Below, piece by piece: positions 12,265 through 25,434 of a stretch of 64,000 nucleotides of DNA. Origin of the DNA: Octopus bimaculoides (Eukaryota); assembly GCF_001194135.2 (NCBI RefSeq), contig NC_068982.1:35414744-35478743 (forward strand). Reading direction: 5' to 3'. The position numbers and the translations under genes are program-made. The notes below the pieces were generated by a model that saw nothing but the letters and a program-made list of their open reading frames with translations, had not been told where the DNA came from and did not search any database. Every line of letters starts with the position of its first letter. The first letter of the stretch is position 1.

Positions 12265-12465
12265 TGACATTCGTGCGGGTGACACGTAAAAGCACCCACT
12301 ACACTCTCTGAGTGGTTGGCGTTAGGAAGGGCATCCAGCTGTAGAAACTCTACCAAATTAGATTGGAGCCTGGTGTTGCCATCCGGTTTCACCAGTCCTC
12401 AGTCAAATCGTCCAACCCATGCTAGCATGGAAAGCGGACGTTAAACGATGATGATGATGATGATG
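12265..12465 (+). mobile_element. SINE S3, young copy
   Basis: CpG-retaining copy with (gat)n tail. Relatives at 14360-14500, 18680-18840, 26140-26295, 40270-40455, 59400-59530, 61500-61635 (+) and 3290-3545, 14670-14770 (-). Confidence 0.9.
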
Positions 12466-13732
12466 ATATATATATATATCTGCAAGGTGGGGCTGNNNNN
12501 NNNNNNNNNNNNNNNNNNNNNNNNNNNNNNNNNNNNNNNNNNNNNNNNNNNNNNNNNNNNNNNNNNNNNNNNNNNNNNNNNNNNNNNNNNNNNNNNNNNN
12601 NNNNNNNNNNNNNNNNNNNNNNNNNNNNNNNNNNNNNNNNNNNNNNNNNNNNNNNNNNNNNNNNNNNNNNNNNNNNNNNNNNNNNNNNNNNNNNNNNNNN
12701 NNNNNNNNNNNNNNNNNNNNNNNNNNNNNNNNNNNNNNNNNNNNNNNNNNNNNNNNNNNNNNNNNNNNNNNNNNNNNNNNNNNNNNNNNNNNNNNNNNNN
12801 NNNNNNNNNNNNNNNNNNNNNNNNNNNNNNNNNNNNNNNNNNNNNNNNNNNNNNNNNNNNNNNNNNNNNNNNNNNNNNNNNNNNNNNNNNNNNNNNNNNN
12901 NNNNNNNNNNNNNNNNNNNNNNNNNNNNNNNNNNNNNNNNNNNNNNNNNNNNNNNNNNNNNNNNNNNNNNNNNNNNNNNNNNNNNNNNNNNNNNNNNNNN
13001 NNNNNNNNNNNNNNNNNNNNNNNNNNNNNNNNNNNNNNNNNNNNNNNNNNNNNNNNNNNNNNNNNNNNNNNNNNNNATATATATATATATATATAGTTAG
13101 AGAGAGAGAGAGTATATAGTATATAGATAAGGTTATAAATCCAAATTGTGTCCTTCCATTATTTGAAGAATTTCTAATATGAGACATGTTACATGTTTTT
13201 TCCTACTTGTACAATTTTGTAAATTCTATTTGCAAATGAAGCACTTGTAAGGGTGAATAAATAATACCAAAATTTTTTTTCCAATCTTGTGTTTTGATAT
13301 ATATATTTGCTTGTTTGTTTTATGGCTAAAAAATCGTGCTATTTGTTACACGCTTGCGACATGTCATCTACTGGTTCATTACATTTCTGAGAGCATGAGT
13401 GACAAGGGAGTGTCTGTAGCTCAGTGCTGAACAAATATTCTTTAAGACTTTCTTGCTATTATCTAAATCCATTTTAACATACATTGGCAGAGGACACAGA
13501 CACACACACACACTCACTCACTCACACATACATATATTGTTATATTCAATGAGCTTCTACACAGATTTTGTCTCTCAAATTCCTCTCACATGGGTTTGGT
13601 CAAACCAAGGTGCAAAAATATTCTAACAGTTTGAATAAGCCCCAAAACATATTCACCATATACTAAACATATTTTCATCACCAAATTCCTAGAATTTCAA
13701 CAGTTCCAAAATTTAGAAAATATCTTTCTTAA

Positions 13733-13896
13733 AATGAGCAAATATTGTAAATTATCGTATTTTAGGAACAGTGAATCTCGAAGCAAAAAAGCTATCAACA
13801 ATGAGATTTTAGATTTTAACCCAATATTTACATGCTATTGTTCATAGCTTTATTTTATTTGAGATTCACCATTCCTTAACAGAATTATTTCTCGTT
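13733..13896. repeat. Degenerate hairpin/MITE
   Basis: ttaggaacagtgaatctcgaa / ttgagattcaccattccttaa and aaagctatcaacaat / attgttcatagcttt. Confidence 0.7.
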
Positions 13897-15711
13897 CTTG
13901 AAGTTTCAAAATTCTTATGATGTCAATATCATGTTTTAATTTGTACAACAAATATTCCTTTGTTATGTTAATATTTTTCACTTTTTAAAGTTTTTCTCTA
14001 CAGATACTCTATACAAATTAAAGCCAGTTCTGATTTGTTAAAATGTTTTGTTTACAAATACATTTATGTAAACAATACGATCAAAGATAGAGGAATAGTT
14101 AATAGGTGTATATGCCTATTTCAAGTGTTGTAACTCCTTCTTCAGTACCACAACCAATCAATTAACCATCCACGAACACATTGCTTAAATAGCCACCAAA
14201 TATAGCAGTGTAACATGATTGGATATACCAATTTTAAATATAAATACATTCCTGGCAACTGGTATGTACATATTAGTTGCTAGTAGGGACACTGCATTTC
14301 ATTATGCAGCCATAATATATTACCAAGTATATTAAAAGTAAAAAGCATTGAGTCCACTCTGCAGAGTGGTTGGTGTCGGGAAGGGCATCCAGCTGTAAAA
14401 ACCCTGCTAAAGAAAACACAATAGTCTTCTACCTGGGAAGCTCCTGTCAACCGTCCTACCCATGCATGCATGGAAGACAGATGTTAAATGATGATGATGA
14501 TTAAGAGCTTGTAAGTCAATACTGTGCCCCACTTGTGTTAGCAGTGCTATTAATTCACTTTTATTAATTAATATTTTTGTCAGTTTTCCAAGTTTTGTAA
14601 TTTATCGCTTTTGAGATGAAATATAATTGTTATAGACTTTTCAGTTGTTGTATTTTCATTGCTTCTAATATCATCATCATCATCATCGTTTAACTTCTGT
14701 TTTCCATGCTGGCATGGGTTGGATGCTTTGACTGAGGTCTGGCAAGCCAGTAGACTGCACAGGCTCCAAAATACAATATATTAATTTTCGAAAAGTGCAC
14801 AACCTTCATCCCTGCTACCCCTATTTCTTATAAACATACCAACTTCCACCCTACAATCTCTTACACAGCTCTTTACCAAACATGCCATCTACTTTCAAAT
14901 CCTCCCATGACCACTCTTTACTACCTCTGCAAAGTACAATCATGACTTTGAAACGCTGTCTCAACATATGGTGCAGCTCTTTATTCGTCATGTTACTCAC
15001 CCTCTCACTCCAATCCAAGTTGCCCTCATCCATGTCCATGAAATCAACTGCACTTCTGTCTTTTCCTCCTATGTCCACTCCAGTTCCAACAACCTTTCCA
15101 TCCCCCTCACCTACAATCCATCCATACCACCCTACCCCCTTTCCCAGTGCACTATCCTACAAGCCTTCTGGCTCCTTCAATCTGATCTTTCCTTTTCTCA
15201 ACTCCTATTCCCTAATCCACTGTTATCCCTCTTTAAGTTTGCCTGCAACTTCTATGATTTCTTTGTAACTCCTCCCCATTTCCCAAAACCATCCAGGACC
15301 CCCTTCTCTATTCACAACTCTCTTGCTATGCCTGCATGTATATCTGTATGTGTGTGTTTACTATTCGTAATTTCATTCAAAAATATTACATTATTTTCAG
15401 TACATTTTCCTGTTATGTAGACTAAAGGCAGACATTGCCACTTAGTAGTCTTAGCCTTAAATAATTTACAGCATGTGTGAGTATGTATGTGTGTGTGGAG
15501 AGAGAAAGAGAGAACTAGGAATCAAAAGTACAAGTATGTTGGGTTGTGGGTGGGAAAGATGGAGAATAATGCTAAGTAAATATTTTTCTACACTAGATAA
15601 GCAATCATTACTTAGAGTATTGATCACCTATAAATTATTGAAACAAAATACTCCAGGTTTTATCATTCATATTATTTCCATTATATAATTTTTATGAGAT
15701 AGTGTTATAGG

Positions 15712-16090
15712 TGCAGGCGTGGCTGTGTGGTAAGAAGCTTGCTTCCCAACCACATGGTTCCAGTCCCACTGCATAGCACCTTAGGTAAGTGTCTTCTACA
15801 ATAGCCTCAGGCCAACCAAAGCCTTGTGAGTGAATTTGGTAGAAGGAAACTGAAAGAAGCCCATTGTACATGTGCGTGTCTTTGTGTGTTTGTCCCCCAC
15901 CACCACATGACAAATGGTGTTCATTTGTTTACACCCCCATAACTTAATGGTTTGAGAAAAAGAGTCTGATAGAATAAGTACCTGGCTTTTATAAAAAAAA
16001 AAAGTACTGGAGCCGATTCATTCAACTAAAAGTTCTCCAAAACAGTGCCCCAGTATGGCCACAGTCTAATGACTGAAACAGATAAAAGAC
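15712..16090 (+). mobile_element. Composite SINE: tRNA/CORE-like head (S1), microsatellite linker, S5 tail module
   Basis: gcaggcgtggctgtgtggtaagaag...actgaaagaagccc, then tttgtcccccaccacc...gatagaataagtac...ccccagtatggccacagtctaatgactgaaac. Same order at 7602-7860, 28700-29060, 42015-42345. Confidence 0.85.
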
Positions 16091-16336
16091 AATAGTTAAA
16101 GATAGTGATGATCTCAACTGATTACACACTCATTGAGCTAATTCTTTCTCTTTGCATTTGGTTTTCTAAGGAATGTATTATAAATTAAACCCTTAAATAT
16201 ATCAATGGTGTAGTGATATATGCACTGTTAACCCAAGTAAGATAACAGGCTAAACAGCCCACTTACGCTCTATTGGAAATTAAACTAAGAGAATGAGATA
16301 TTAGAGTAGTTACATAGCAAAGTATTCTTTTTGAGA

Positions 16337-16859
16337 AATGTAGACTAATCTTGCTTTCAATATTTCAAGGTTATGACCCCATTTTCAAGAAATTAACGAA
16401 TGTTGTTAATGTGCATGTGTGGAGTGGACATGCGCAGAAAGGTGTTGCTACAGCAACCAGCCGCCTTCCAGTAACTCTCTTCTGTTGTTAATATTTGGTT
16501 TCCTTTGGTGTAGAAGGATGGCTCCAGAGATTCTAAGGTTGCCCCTGTTGTGCTGTGTTGCCCTGATGTGAACTGTGAATTTCTGTGTCTGGCACTTCCC
16601 AGAATTCACAGTGCACATCAGGGCAACACAACGCAACAGGGGTGACCTTAGAATCTCTGAGGCCATCCTCATACACCAAAGGAAACCAAATATCAACAAC
16701 AGAAGAAAGTTACAGGAAACTAGTGGGTTGCTATAGCAATACCTTTCCATGCATGCCCACTCCACACATGCTCACACACACACACATAAGTAACATTTGT
16801 TAATTTCTTGAAAATGGGGTCATAACCCTGAAATATTAAATGCAAGGTAAGTCTACATT
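16337..16859. repeat. Large fold-back, ~250 bp arms, 14 nt loop
   Basis: Continuous imperfect reverse complementarity centred on tgtctggcacttcc (16586-16599). Confidence 0.95.
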
Positions 16860-17419
16860 AATTCATATATTTGTTTTCTTGTGATTTGCCTTGCATTTAC
16901 TTTGCATTGTTCTGGCCTTACCCACGATCCTTTATACAATATATATGTGTGTGTATAAATATATATATATGTATATGTTGGGCTTCTTTCAGTTTCCTTC
17001 TACCAAATCCATTCACATGGCTTTGATCAATCTAGTGCTATAGCAGAAGACACTTGATCAACATTCCACACAGTATGACTGAACCGTAAACCATGTGGTT
17101 GGGAAGCAAATTTCTTAACCACACACCGTTGCCTTACCCAAATAAATAAATACAAAAGATGGTATGGTCATGGCTGGAATTCCTTTGATCATTGTCCTGT
17201 TCGATCAGGACTGACCTAGGGCTAAAAACAGCAGTAACAAGTACTTCAATATCAATCAATTTAATAGTATTAGAATATTATTTACTAAAACAACATCAGT
17301 ATTAACATTTATTATTATTACTAATTCTTTAATTGAAGAAGTAATTATCATAACTTGTTTTTTCTACTTAACTAATTTTACAATTTCATTAATCATTAAT
17401 TGCTTTCTCGTGCTGAACA

Positions 17420-17600
17420 ACAGCATGTATCAGATGTTACATTTTGGAGACTCCTGCACCTTAACAGAGAACAAAAACCACTCAACTACAACTACATTGA
17501 TGTTTTTGGCAAAGACATACAACATGAAATTGGGGATCTACCAAAGTTAATGGGCAATAGAGATTTCTAGCACAGTTGTGTGAAATGCATTTCAGTTGCA
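17420..17600 (+). mobile_element. Short degenerate LINE C-terminal fragment (RTE/RTE-X-like)
   Basis: Frameshifted FWR..LHLNRE..YIDVFGKDIQHEIGDLPKLMGNRD resembles the LWxPxHGxRxRGRPxxxYIDxLxxDxGxxxxxLxxxMxDR C-terminal motif. Confidence 0.5.
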
Positions 17601-18473
17601 GCTAATTTAAGAAGAAGCAGAGAATTGCTTAAATACACTATGAATAAATAGGAAAAGCTTCGAGAGTAAACCCTGTGGAAAAGTCAGGAGTTGTTCTGGC
17701 AACTCTTGTGATGATGCTTGTGCCAAATTACAACAGCCATACTGTTCTTTTGGACCAGTCTGTGACACAGAGAAAGGAGGCATACTGCAAGGACAACAAT
17801 CTGTCTACCATACAATACTGCCCAAGCTTGATCCTATTAGACACCCTATACTGGGGACACAGAACTGAACAACACACTGGAGAGGATATTCTGGCCTTGC
17901 CTGTGGTGTTAACACAGCACAGTAACCAATAGTTACTGGTTATAAGTCATTGTTATCATTGAGACATTAGTGGGACAGCCCACAGTTTGATTTGTATGGC
18001 AGACACAGCCATTCAAGCATTAGGCTGTTCAGCCACAGACAATGCTGTTCCAGTAGGGTCAACAACTAAGACATTTATCCATGGTCATTAATGATAGATG
18101 ATTGCTTCAGAAACAGATAAATAAATTAAGGTGGTGAGAATCTTATATACCCCTGCACTTTGTTTCATCATTGTTCTAACATCCAGCTTTCCATGCTTGC
18201 ATAAGTCAGATGGAATTTGTTAAGGCAGATTTTCTGTGGCTGGTTGCCCTTCCTGTTACCAACCCTCAGCTGTTTCCAAGTAAGGTTCCATTTCTCCTTG
18301 AATGGACATGTTTTCATGGAAGTTTGAATATGAATGACACTGCTTGTATGACGGTGACACTCATTTTACAGCTATCACACGATCTCAAGACAAGGACAAA
18401 AACACACCTATGTACTATTATATATATGATTTGAAAACACAACACCTAATAACCAAATGATATATCTTTTCTA

Positions 18474-18556
18474 CTCCTCTGATGAGATTTTGCCTAATAC
18501 AATGATTCAATTATTGTAATTTAATTTTTTAGGCTTAATTGAAACAGCTGTAAGAG
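18474..18556 (+). ncRNA. Type I hammerhead ribozyme, near-intact, long stem II
   Basis: cuccu CUGAUGA gauu uu gccuaa...uuaggc uu aauu GAAAC agcu GUA^ agag; stem I needs one bulged C. Confidence 0.7.
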
Positions 18557-19067
18557 AATATGTTGAATTTTTGCAGATAATAAATTATATTAAGGTTATG
18601 TCTCCATTTTCTAATTTTTCTTTATATAATATACACGCACACACACACACACCCACGCACGCACAATATATATACTTTATAAAGTGGTTGGCATTAGGAA
18701 GGGCATCTATAAGTAGAAACTGTGCCACTGTAGACAGTAGAGCTTGGTATATACTTCTGACTTGCCAGCTCCTGTCAAACTGTCCAGCCTGTACCAGGAT
18801 GAAAGGAAGAAGTTAAACAATGAGGACGTGATGATGATGTTGGGCTTCTTTCAGTTTCTGTCTACCAAATCCACTCACAAGAGTTTGAACGACCTGGAGC
18901 TATAACAGAAGTTGTTGCTTATTTGTATGTTATAAAATAACTGATATCATTCTTCAAGTTTTCTCAATGAAGTATGATACTAAGGAAGTAGAATTAGGTT
19001 TCTTACTCTGAGACACAATGAAATATGATCAATAAGGACATACGTTCTGTAGTGTGTGTATATATAC

Positions 19068-19102
<35 letters not shown>

Positions 19103-19524
19103 TGCAGGAGTGGCTGTGTGGTAAGAAGTTTGCTTCCCAACCACGATTCCTGGTTGTCTAACTGCATGACACCCCGGGCAAGTGCGTTTGGTAGACATAA
19201 ACTGAAAGAAGCCCATCATATATATATACATATATGTATGTATGTCTAGGGTTTAAATGTACAGAAAACAAAGGACAAGGACAGGTGAGGGAACAACAAG
19301 CAGGTGTGTGTGTGCATGTCTGAGTGAGTGTGTATGTTACTGAGTGAGTGTGTATGTTATGGTGTATAATAGTCATGCAATAATTGGTATGAAACAGACA
19401 TACTGCTTAGCAGTATGGAAATATAACCACTGTATTTTTTATATTGAGTGTACCTATTTTCTAACTTGCAGACAACTAACTGATAAAGTGCATGTGTCTG
19501 TGTTTACGTATATTGTCGGGTAAT

Positions 19525-19655
19525 ATATTCCTGGTTATGGCACATAACCAGTCAGAAAGAGCATATCTGAAGGGTCGTCAGTATTGCCAAGTCCAATAGA
19601 AGACATGAAACCAAAGATAACTTTCTGACTAGTTATATCCCATAATCAGGAATAT
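19525..19655. repeat. Fold-back, ~35 bp arms, CUGACGA relic in loop
   Basis: atattcctggttatggcacataaccagtcagaaag / ctttctgactagttatatcccataatcaggaatat; tcgtcag at 19575-81. Confidence 0.8.
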
Positions 19656-20320
19656 ACTACTTAACTATATAAAAGTATAACAGAGCAAATTTTCTTACAT
19701 CTGACCGATTATTTATACACACATACACACAAACACACACTTACATGCTTTCTGACCACACAATAACATCAATAGCCAACCGATTTCTGGCACTTGGTGA
19801 TTCTTTCATCTATGCACTGTCTTTTGTTTTGCTGTCCATTTTCTCCTCACTCTTTCCTGTTCATGTCTAAGTTGTAAGAATATTTTTATTCTATATATAT
19901 ATGTGCATATATATATATGTGTGTGTATGTGCATATATATGTATGTGCATAAATATATATGAATGTGCATATATATATATATGTGCATATATATATATGT
20001 GTGTGTATGTGCATATATATGTATGTGCATAAATATATATGAATGTGNNNNNNNNNNNNNNNNNNNNNNNNNNNNNNNNNNNNNNNNNNNNNNNNNNNNN
20101 NNNNNNNNNNNNNNNNNNNNNNNNNNNNNNNNNNNNNNNNNNTATATATATATATATATATATATGCACACGCATGTGCACACATACACGTTCACACACA
20201 TGCAGACAGACATATTTAAAGCTACGATTAACATGTTCAATCTCTATTCTATTTTTGTACATTAGAAATTGCTGCAGACACTTCTGTCGCAGTGCACCAC
20301 AAACGTCACTTTGCAATCAC

Positions 20321-20400
20321 CTCAACAGTTGATTTATTGATTTGCATTAAAGATAATATTAAACCAAAAGTTTGGTTGAAATTCTCAAGTATTAATTCTT
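20321..20400 (-). CDS. Candidate internal exon (80 nt, phase 1-0): (E)ELILENFNQTFGLILSLMQINKSTVE
   Basis: Acceptor tttctttggtgcatttctctttggtctcag| and donor GAG|gtgatt. The other two frames stop immediately. It lies in a repeat-free island and joins in frame with 27005-26961 upstream and 11186 downstream. Confidence 0.6.
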
Positions 20401-21015
20401 CTGAGACCAAAGAGAAATGCACCAAAGAAATCATCTTTTTGTTTGTTTTGCCTTGTTTTTCTTTTTCGTTATTCCGTTGTTATTACAAATTGCATTTGGT
20501 GCTAGTTGTGAATCAGCTGATCTCCTTTATGTCTGTCACCTGTGACAAGTGCAAGACAGATATCTGCCTGGAGATATTACTTGAGGCAGATAGATATTTG
20601 AATTGCATTTAAGCTTGCAGCATGTTGATGTAACCTATGGCATGTTGATATCAACAATAAAATACCATAATACAGTGTGATATCTCTTCATCAAAGTTGA
20701 TATAAACTATAGCTTATGAGCCAAGTCTGTTGACAGTTATTCTGTATATCTGCTCTTGACAATAAAAACAAAAGCTGTTGTTTTAACTTGTGTTCTCTTC
20801 CTCTTTTAATTAACAATAGAAAATAATAACCTTGATATAATCTGTAGCAAGATATCTATTTTGGTGGAACTGATAACTGTGACTGAGAGTATTATTGTGA
20901 TATTGCTTGAGGCAGTAGATATTGATTAAATATTGTATATGTGTATTTATATACATGATGCAAGTGATATTTTAAGTGTAAGTATCCAGTTGTAAAATGT
21001 TTTTAATACATACAT

Positions 21016-21063
<48 letters not shown>

Positions 21064-21214
21064 GCATATACCACAGACAATTTCAAACTGTACTGACTTC
21101 AGATAACAACATCCACTCACTTACTTGTGGATTCTAATGATGGTGGTGGTGGAAGTGGTAGGGGTGGGTTATCATTACTGTTATCATCATCATCATCATC
21201 ATTGCAGAATCATT

Positions 21215-21620
21215 AGCATGCCAGATGCAGTGCTTAACTGCATTTCTTCCAACTTTGTGTTCTGAGTTCAGATTTCACTGAGGTCAACTTTGCCTTTCAT
21301 TCTTTCAGAACCGATAAAATAAGTACCAGTTGAACACTGAGGTCAATGTAATTGACGTATCCCCTTCTCCGAGCTTGTTGGCCTTGTGACAGATTTGAAA
21401 CCACCACCACCACCACTACCACTACCATCTTCATCAAGGCTGTGAGTTGGCAGAATCGTTAGCATGCCGGATGCAATGCTAAACAGCATTTCATCCGTCT
21501 TTATGTTCTGAGCTCAAATCCCACCAAGGTCAACTTTGCCTTTCATCTTTATTGGATTGATAAAATAAGCACCAGTTGAGCACTGGGGTTGATGTAATTG
21601 ACTTCACCCTCCCCTCAAAA
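21215..21620 (+). mobile_element. Two tandem S2 SINE copies separated by (ACC)n
   Basis: gcagaatcattagcatgcc...ttctgagttca...actttgcctttcat...aagtaccagttga occurs twice. Relatives at 23405, 26425, 40760, 46060, 53545 (+) and 6305, 24565, 60350 (-). Confidence 0.85.
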
Positions 21621-23008
21621 GCAAACCCTAACTCTGAGATACATGCAACCCTATAAGCCATTCATCATCTTTATGCTGTTTTGGTTCCCCTGGATAATTC
21701 AGAAATTCCCCTGCTATCTCTCCCTACTCTCTCTTCCCTACTTTTTCTTCCCTATTCTTTCTACTTTGCTCTCTCTTTCCCATTCTCTCTATCCCTCTCT
21801 CCTCTCTCTCTCTCTTTCTCTCCCTCTCTTTCCTTCTCTCTCCCCAACACAATTCTGTACGTCTCTATACCCACAGCACCAGTTATTAACCACAACCTTA
21901 TTTCTACAACAACCATACTTCTCTTTTCCTCAAAATAGCCAAGAACTCCATACTATTCATAAACTGTTGAAACCAATGAACAGTTTTGTTATGACAATAA
22001 TGGGACTTTTCATTCTACTTATATTAATTTCATAACATCAACCTTATGTATAACCTAAATATCATATTCCTCATTGGGCAATGTCTAACTGTGTGGACAT
22101 TCAGTTTATTGAAGAATTTGCCTGACAATACTTTTATCCAAAGCGTTTAAGTGTAAGGTTACTTTTTCTCTTTCTCACACATCACATGGAAGTAAAACCT
22201 TATTACGTTCATTCTGTGTATCAAGTTTCTTTTGTTTATTAAACTTAATTTAAATAAATGTATAGTTTTCATTGAGAGAGAATCTTTGTTTCTTTGTGAA
22301 AGCTAGAAAGGAAAATGCTTGTTTGTAGATTATATATAAAACCTCTTCATGTTTGAACGATAAGATCAGGTCAGTTTTGTAATGTAATTTTGTGTGTGTG
22401 TAAAGTAATCCAGGAAAAGAGAAGGAGTGTTTATGATGGTCATGATTTTTGTGTCAGAAGTTTGAAATAGTGTTGTAATGTTTATATTTGCTACTTGTAT
22501 GTTTGCATTTTGGAGTGTTAGATGGCTAAATTGATAGGGTAAGGGTAAGCAGCTACTGAGCTTGGTGGTTCGTATACTCTAACCAACTCTGTGTTCCAGC
22601 ACTTAGCTCTCACATGGCCCAATCCAGTTCAAGTAGAGGTACAAAAACAACACATCTCTTATAAGTAGTGACTGCACCATTAAATGGATAAGTGGTTTCC
22701 TGTGCTGAACCCATCTTTTTTTGTGAGTATCACTTGAAAAGAGAAACATGCTAATAGGCTGGTCTAATTCAATTAAACAACATAAAAATAACATTTTCAA
22801 ATCTTTCAATGCTTCAAACAAATCAAAACAAAGACAAAACCCCACTTTCGTGAGGAGCAAAAAGTATATTTTATGTTAAAAACAAATTTAATGTTTCGTG
22901 ATACACTCATACACTCAGTATCTCATCCACAATATGTTCACATTAAACACATGGCTGTTTTTTGTTACATTTAAGAATAAAAGTGCATGCCTTATACACC
23001 AACATATA

Positions 23009-23227
23009 CAGGGGTGGGGGCTGAAATGTTCCTGAATTTAAGGGTATTGTGAAAGCCCTGGCTGGAGGCCCAACCTTCCAAATTCTTTTACAGGGTTTAG
23101 AAAAACTGAATGACTGCTGCATTAAGTGTGTGAATCTGAAAGGGGAATATGTTGAATAAAATCATAATTAACTGATCCTCCTGTATTTTCTTTTACCCTA
23201 AGCCAGGAACTTTTCAGCACACCCTCG
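23009..23227 (+). mobile_element. Mariner-derived MITE, second family
   Basis: TIR ...GCTGAAAAGTTCCTGG with TA flanks; internal transposase tail GLEKLNDCCIKCVNLKGEYVE*. Confidence 0.85.
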
Positions 23228-25288
23228 TATGGTACTTTCTTGCTTGATAAAATTTATTTCAAAAGTTGGAAGTTGACAGGCCTCGGTATATGGAAGACCT
23301 GTGGTTCAATTCCTATTAATGAGTTTTTCTGTCATTTTTCTTTCCATTCAAGAAGTATTTTTAACCGATATATTATAAGCTATTATTTATAGAATTTATT
23401 AAATGTGGTGAGCTGGCAGTATTGTTAGAACATTGGACAAAAATAGTTTTTTTTTTATTAGTATTTGTTCCCGCTCCTCACATTCTGAGTTTAGTTCCTG
23501 TGATGGTCGACTTTGTCTTTCATCCCTCCAAAGATAACATGGAGCACCAGTTAAGAACTGAAGTTGATGGAATAGACTAATCCTGTTCCCTCAAAATTGC
23601 TGGCCCTGTATTTAAATTAGAAATCATTTTTTTTAAAGATAGATTTGTCTTTGAGTAGCTTCATAAAAAAGGTTGTTTCCAAATTTCTGAATTCTCCAAG
23701 GGAACCAAAACAACATAAAGATAATTTTCAGTCATATCTCATGATGATTGGCTTATAGGATTGTATGTATCTCAGAGATAGGGTTTGCTTTTGTTGAAAA
23801 TTTGAGCATAGCATGTTTGATTTAAACAGCAATTTACTAGAAGTTCTATTTGAAAGCAGAGAATGAAAAAGTTCTTGTCCTCTGATTAATGATCATGAAA
23901 CATGTCAGGACAACCTCCTTTATTTTTCTGTATGCAAAGAACATAATAAGGTCTATTTACATTTGTTTAAATTTTCACTGTGTAATGCTTAAAAACTTTA
24001 GTGTAACCACTGTATATGATGCCATATAAGATGCACTTTTTTCCCCAAAAAAACATCTCCAAAAATTACCCTGTATGGGGTTACTATGTTAAAGAGTTTA
24101 GCCAAACGAATCAACCCCAGTATTTATTTTTAAGTCCAGTGCTTATTTTATTAATCTCTTTTGCTGAACCACTAAGTTATGAGAATGTGAACAAGCCGCT
24201 ACTGGTTGTCAACTGGTGGTGGGAGACAAGTACATGAAAACACACACACACACACATATACATACATATTTTCTTTTATCCTTTTATTTGTTTCAGTCAT
24301 TAGACTACAGCTATGCTGGGGTATCCACTCACAAGGCTTTGGTCAGCTTGAGACTAGAGTAGAAGACGCTTGCCCAAGGTTCTGGGGCTGATCCTAGAAC
24401 CATGTGGTTGGGAAGCAAACTTCTTACCAGTTTAACAAGATTGACTATCTCTATGTTAGCCTTGTTTCTGCTCTGGTTCTTTGCTAGGTTTCACTTTCCT
24501 CTCCAATTTGCTTTCCAAATCTGCCTGAAATATATAAACAGATTAAAAACTATTTTGTAATATTGGTTTCAAATTTTGACACAAGGTCATCAATTTCAGA
24601 GGAAAGGGTAAGTTGATTACACCAATCCTAGTGCTTGATTGGTATTTATATCATCAACCCCAAAATGATAAAAAGCAAAGCCAACCTTGGTGAGTTTTGA
24701 ACACACAACGTAAACACGGATGAAATACCACTAAGCGTTTCACCTGGGATACTAACAATTCTGCCAGCTCGTTGCCTTACTGAGTTGTAAAATTGGTAGT
24801 AAATTATTTTCCTAATTCATTTACTTCTGATGAGAGTAAGTAATGAGGAGAGAGAGAGAGAGAGGCTTATCATAAAAGGCAATTGTATGTCAAGAGGGAA
24901 ATAGATAAAGAAATGAATAATAATTGAGATTAATCTGCTGCTCACTCTTGGAGTGTAGGTAACACAGGGTAATTAACCTTGGAAGGTCCTTTTTCTTTGT
25001 AAAATCAATAATTAGCTGGAGATTATAGCAGTGCAGAGAGATATGTTCATCCTTGAGCAAATAATTAGTAAACTCTTGTTTAACATGCAACCAGCCATCT
25101 GTAAAACAGCCTCAAGTCTAAACAGTTACATATAATTCTGTGGACGTTTTATTACAGCATTATTTTGCCTTAACTCTTAGGGACACTTTTATATATGAGA
25201 GCTAATGAAATGTTCAGCACCTTTTAATAATACATTGCTATGAGGCAGGCTAATTTAATCAGTGTCTGAAGAATTCTGATGATTTCTA

Positions 25289-25367
25289 TGATGATGATGA
25301 TGATGATGATGACGACGATTAGTAGTAGTAGTAGTCAGTAGTCAGTAGTAGTAGTAGTAGTAGTAGT

Positions 25368-25432
<65 letters not shown>
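25289..25432. repeat. Compound trinucleotide microsatellite (GAT)n(GAC)n(TAG)n(CAG)n(TAG)n
   Basis: Directly visible. Confidence 0.95.

Positions 25433-25434
<2 letters not shown>

Noticed and set aside
14820-15330. Overlapping ORFs 14882-15268, 14968-15420 and 14851-15078
   Set aside because: Pyrimidine-rich segment open in several frames with no assignable protein. Probably an old retroelement relic (a faint Penelope resemblance I cannot support). Similar tracts at 21620-21960 and 25760-26100.
17650-17930. Two long overlapping open frames (MEKSGVV... and KPCGKVRSC...)
   Set aside because: No splice signals or recognisable motifs; adjacent to a LINE relic and probably decayed repeat sequence.
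22555-22612. Hairpin next to the 22614 donor considered as an H/ACA or C/D snoRNA
   Set aside because: Large asymmetric loop and no properly placed H/ACA or C/D boxes.
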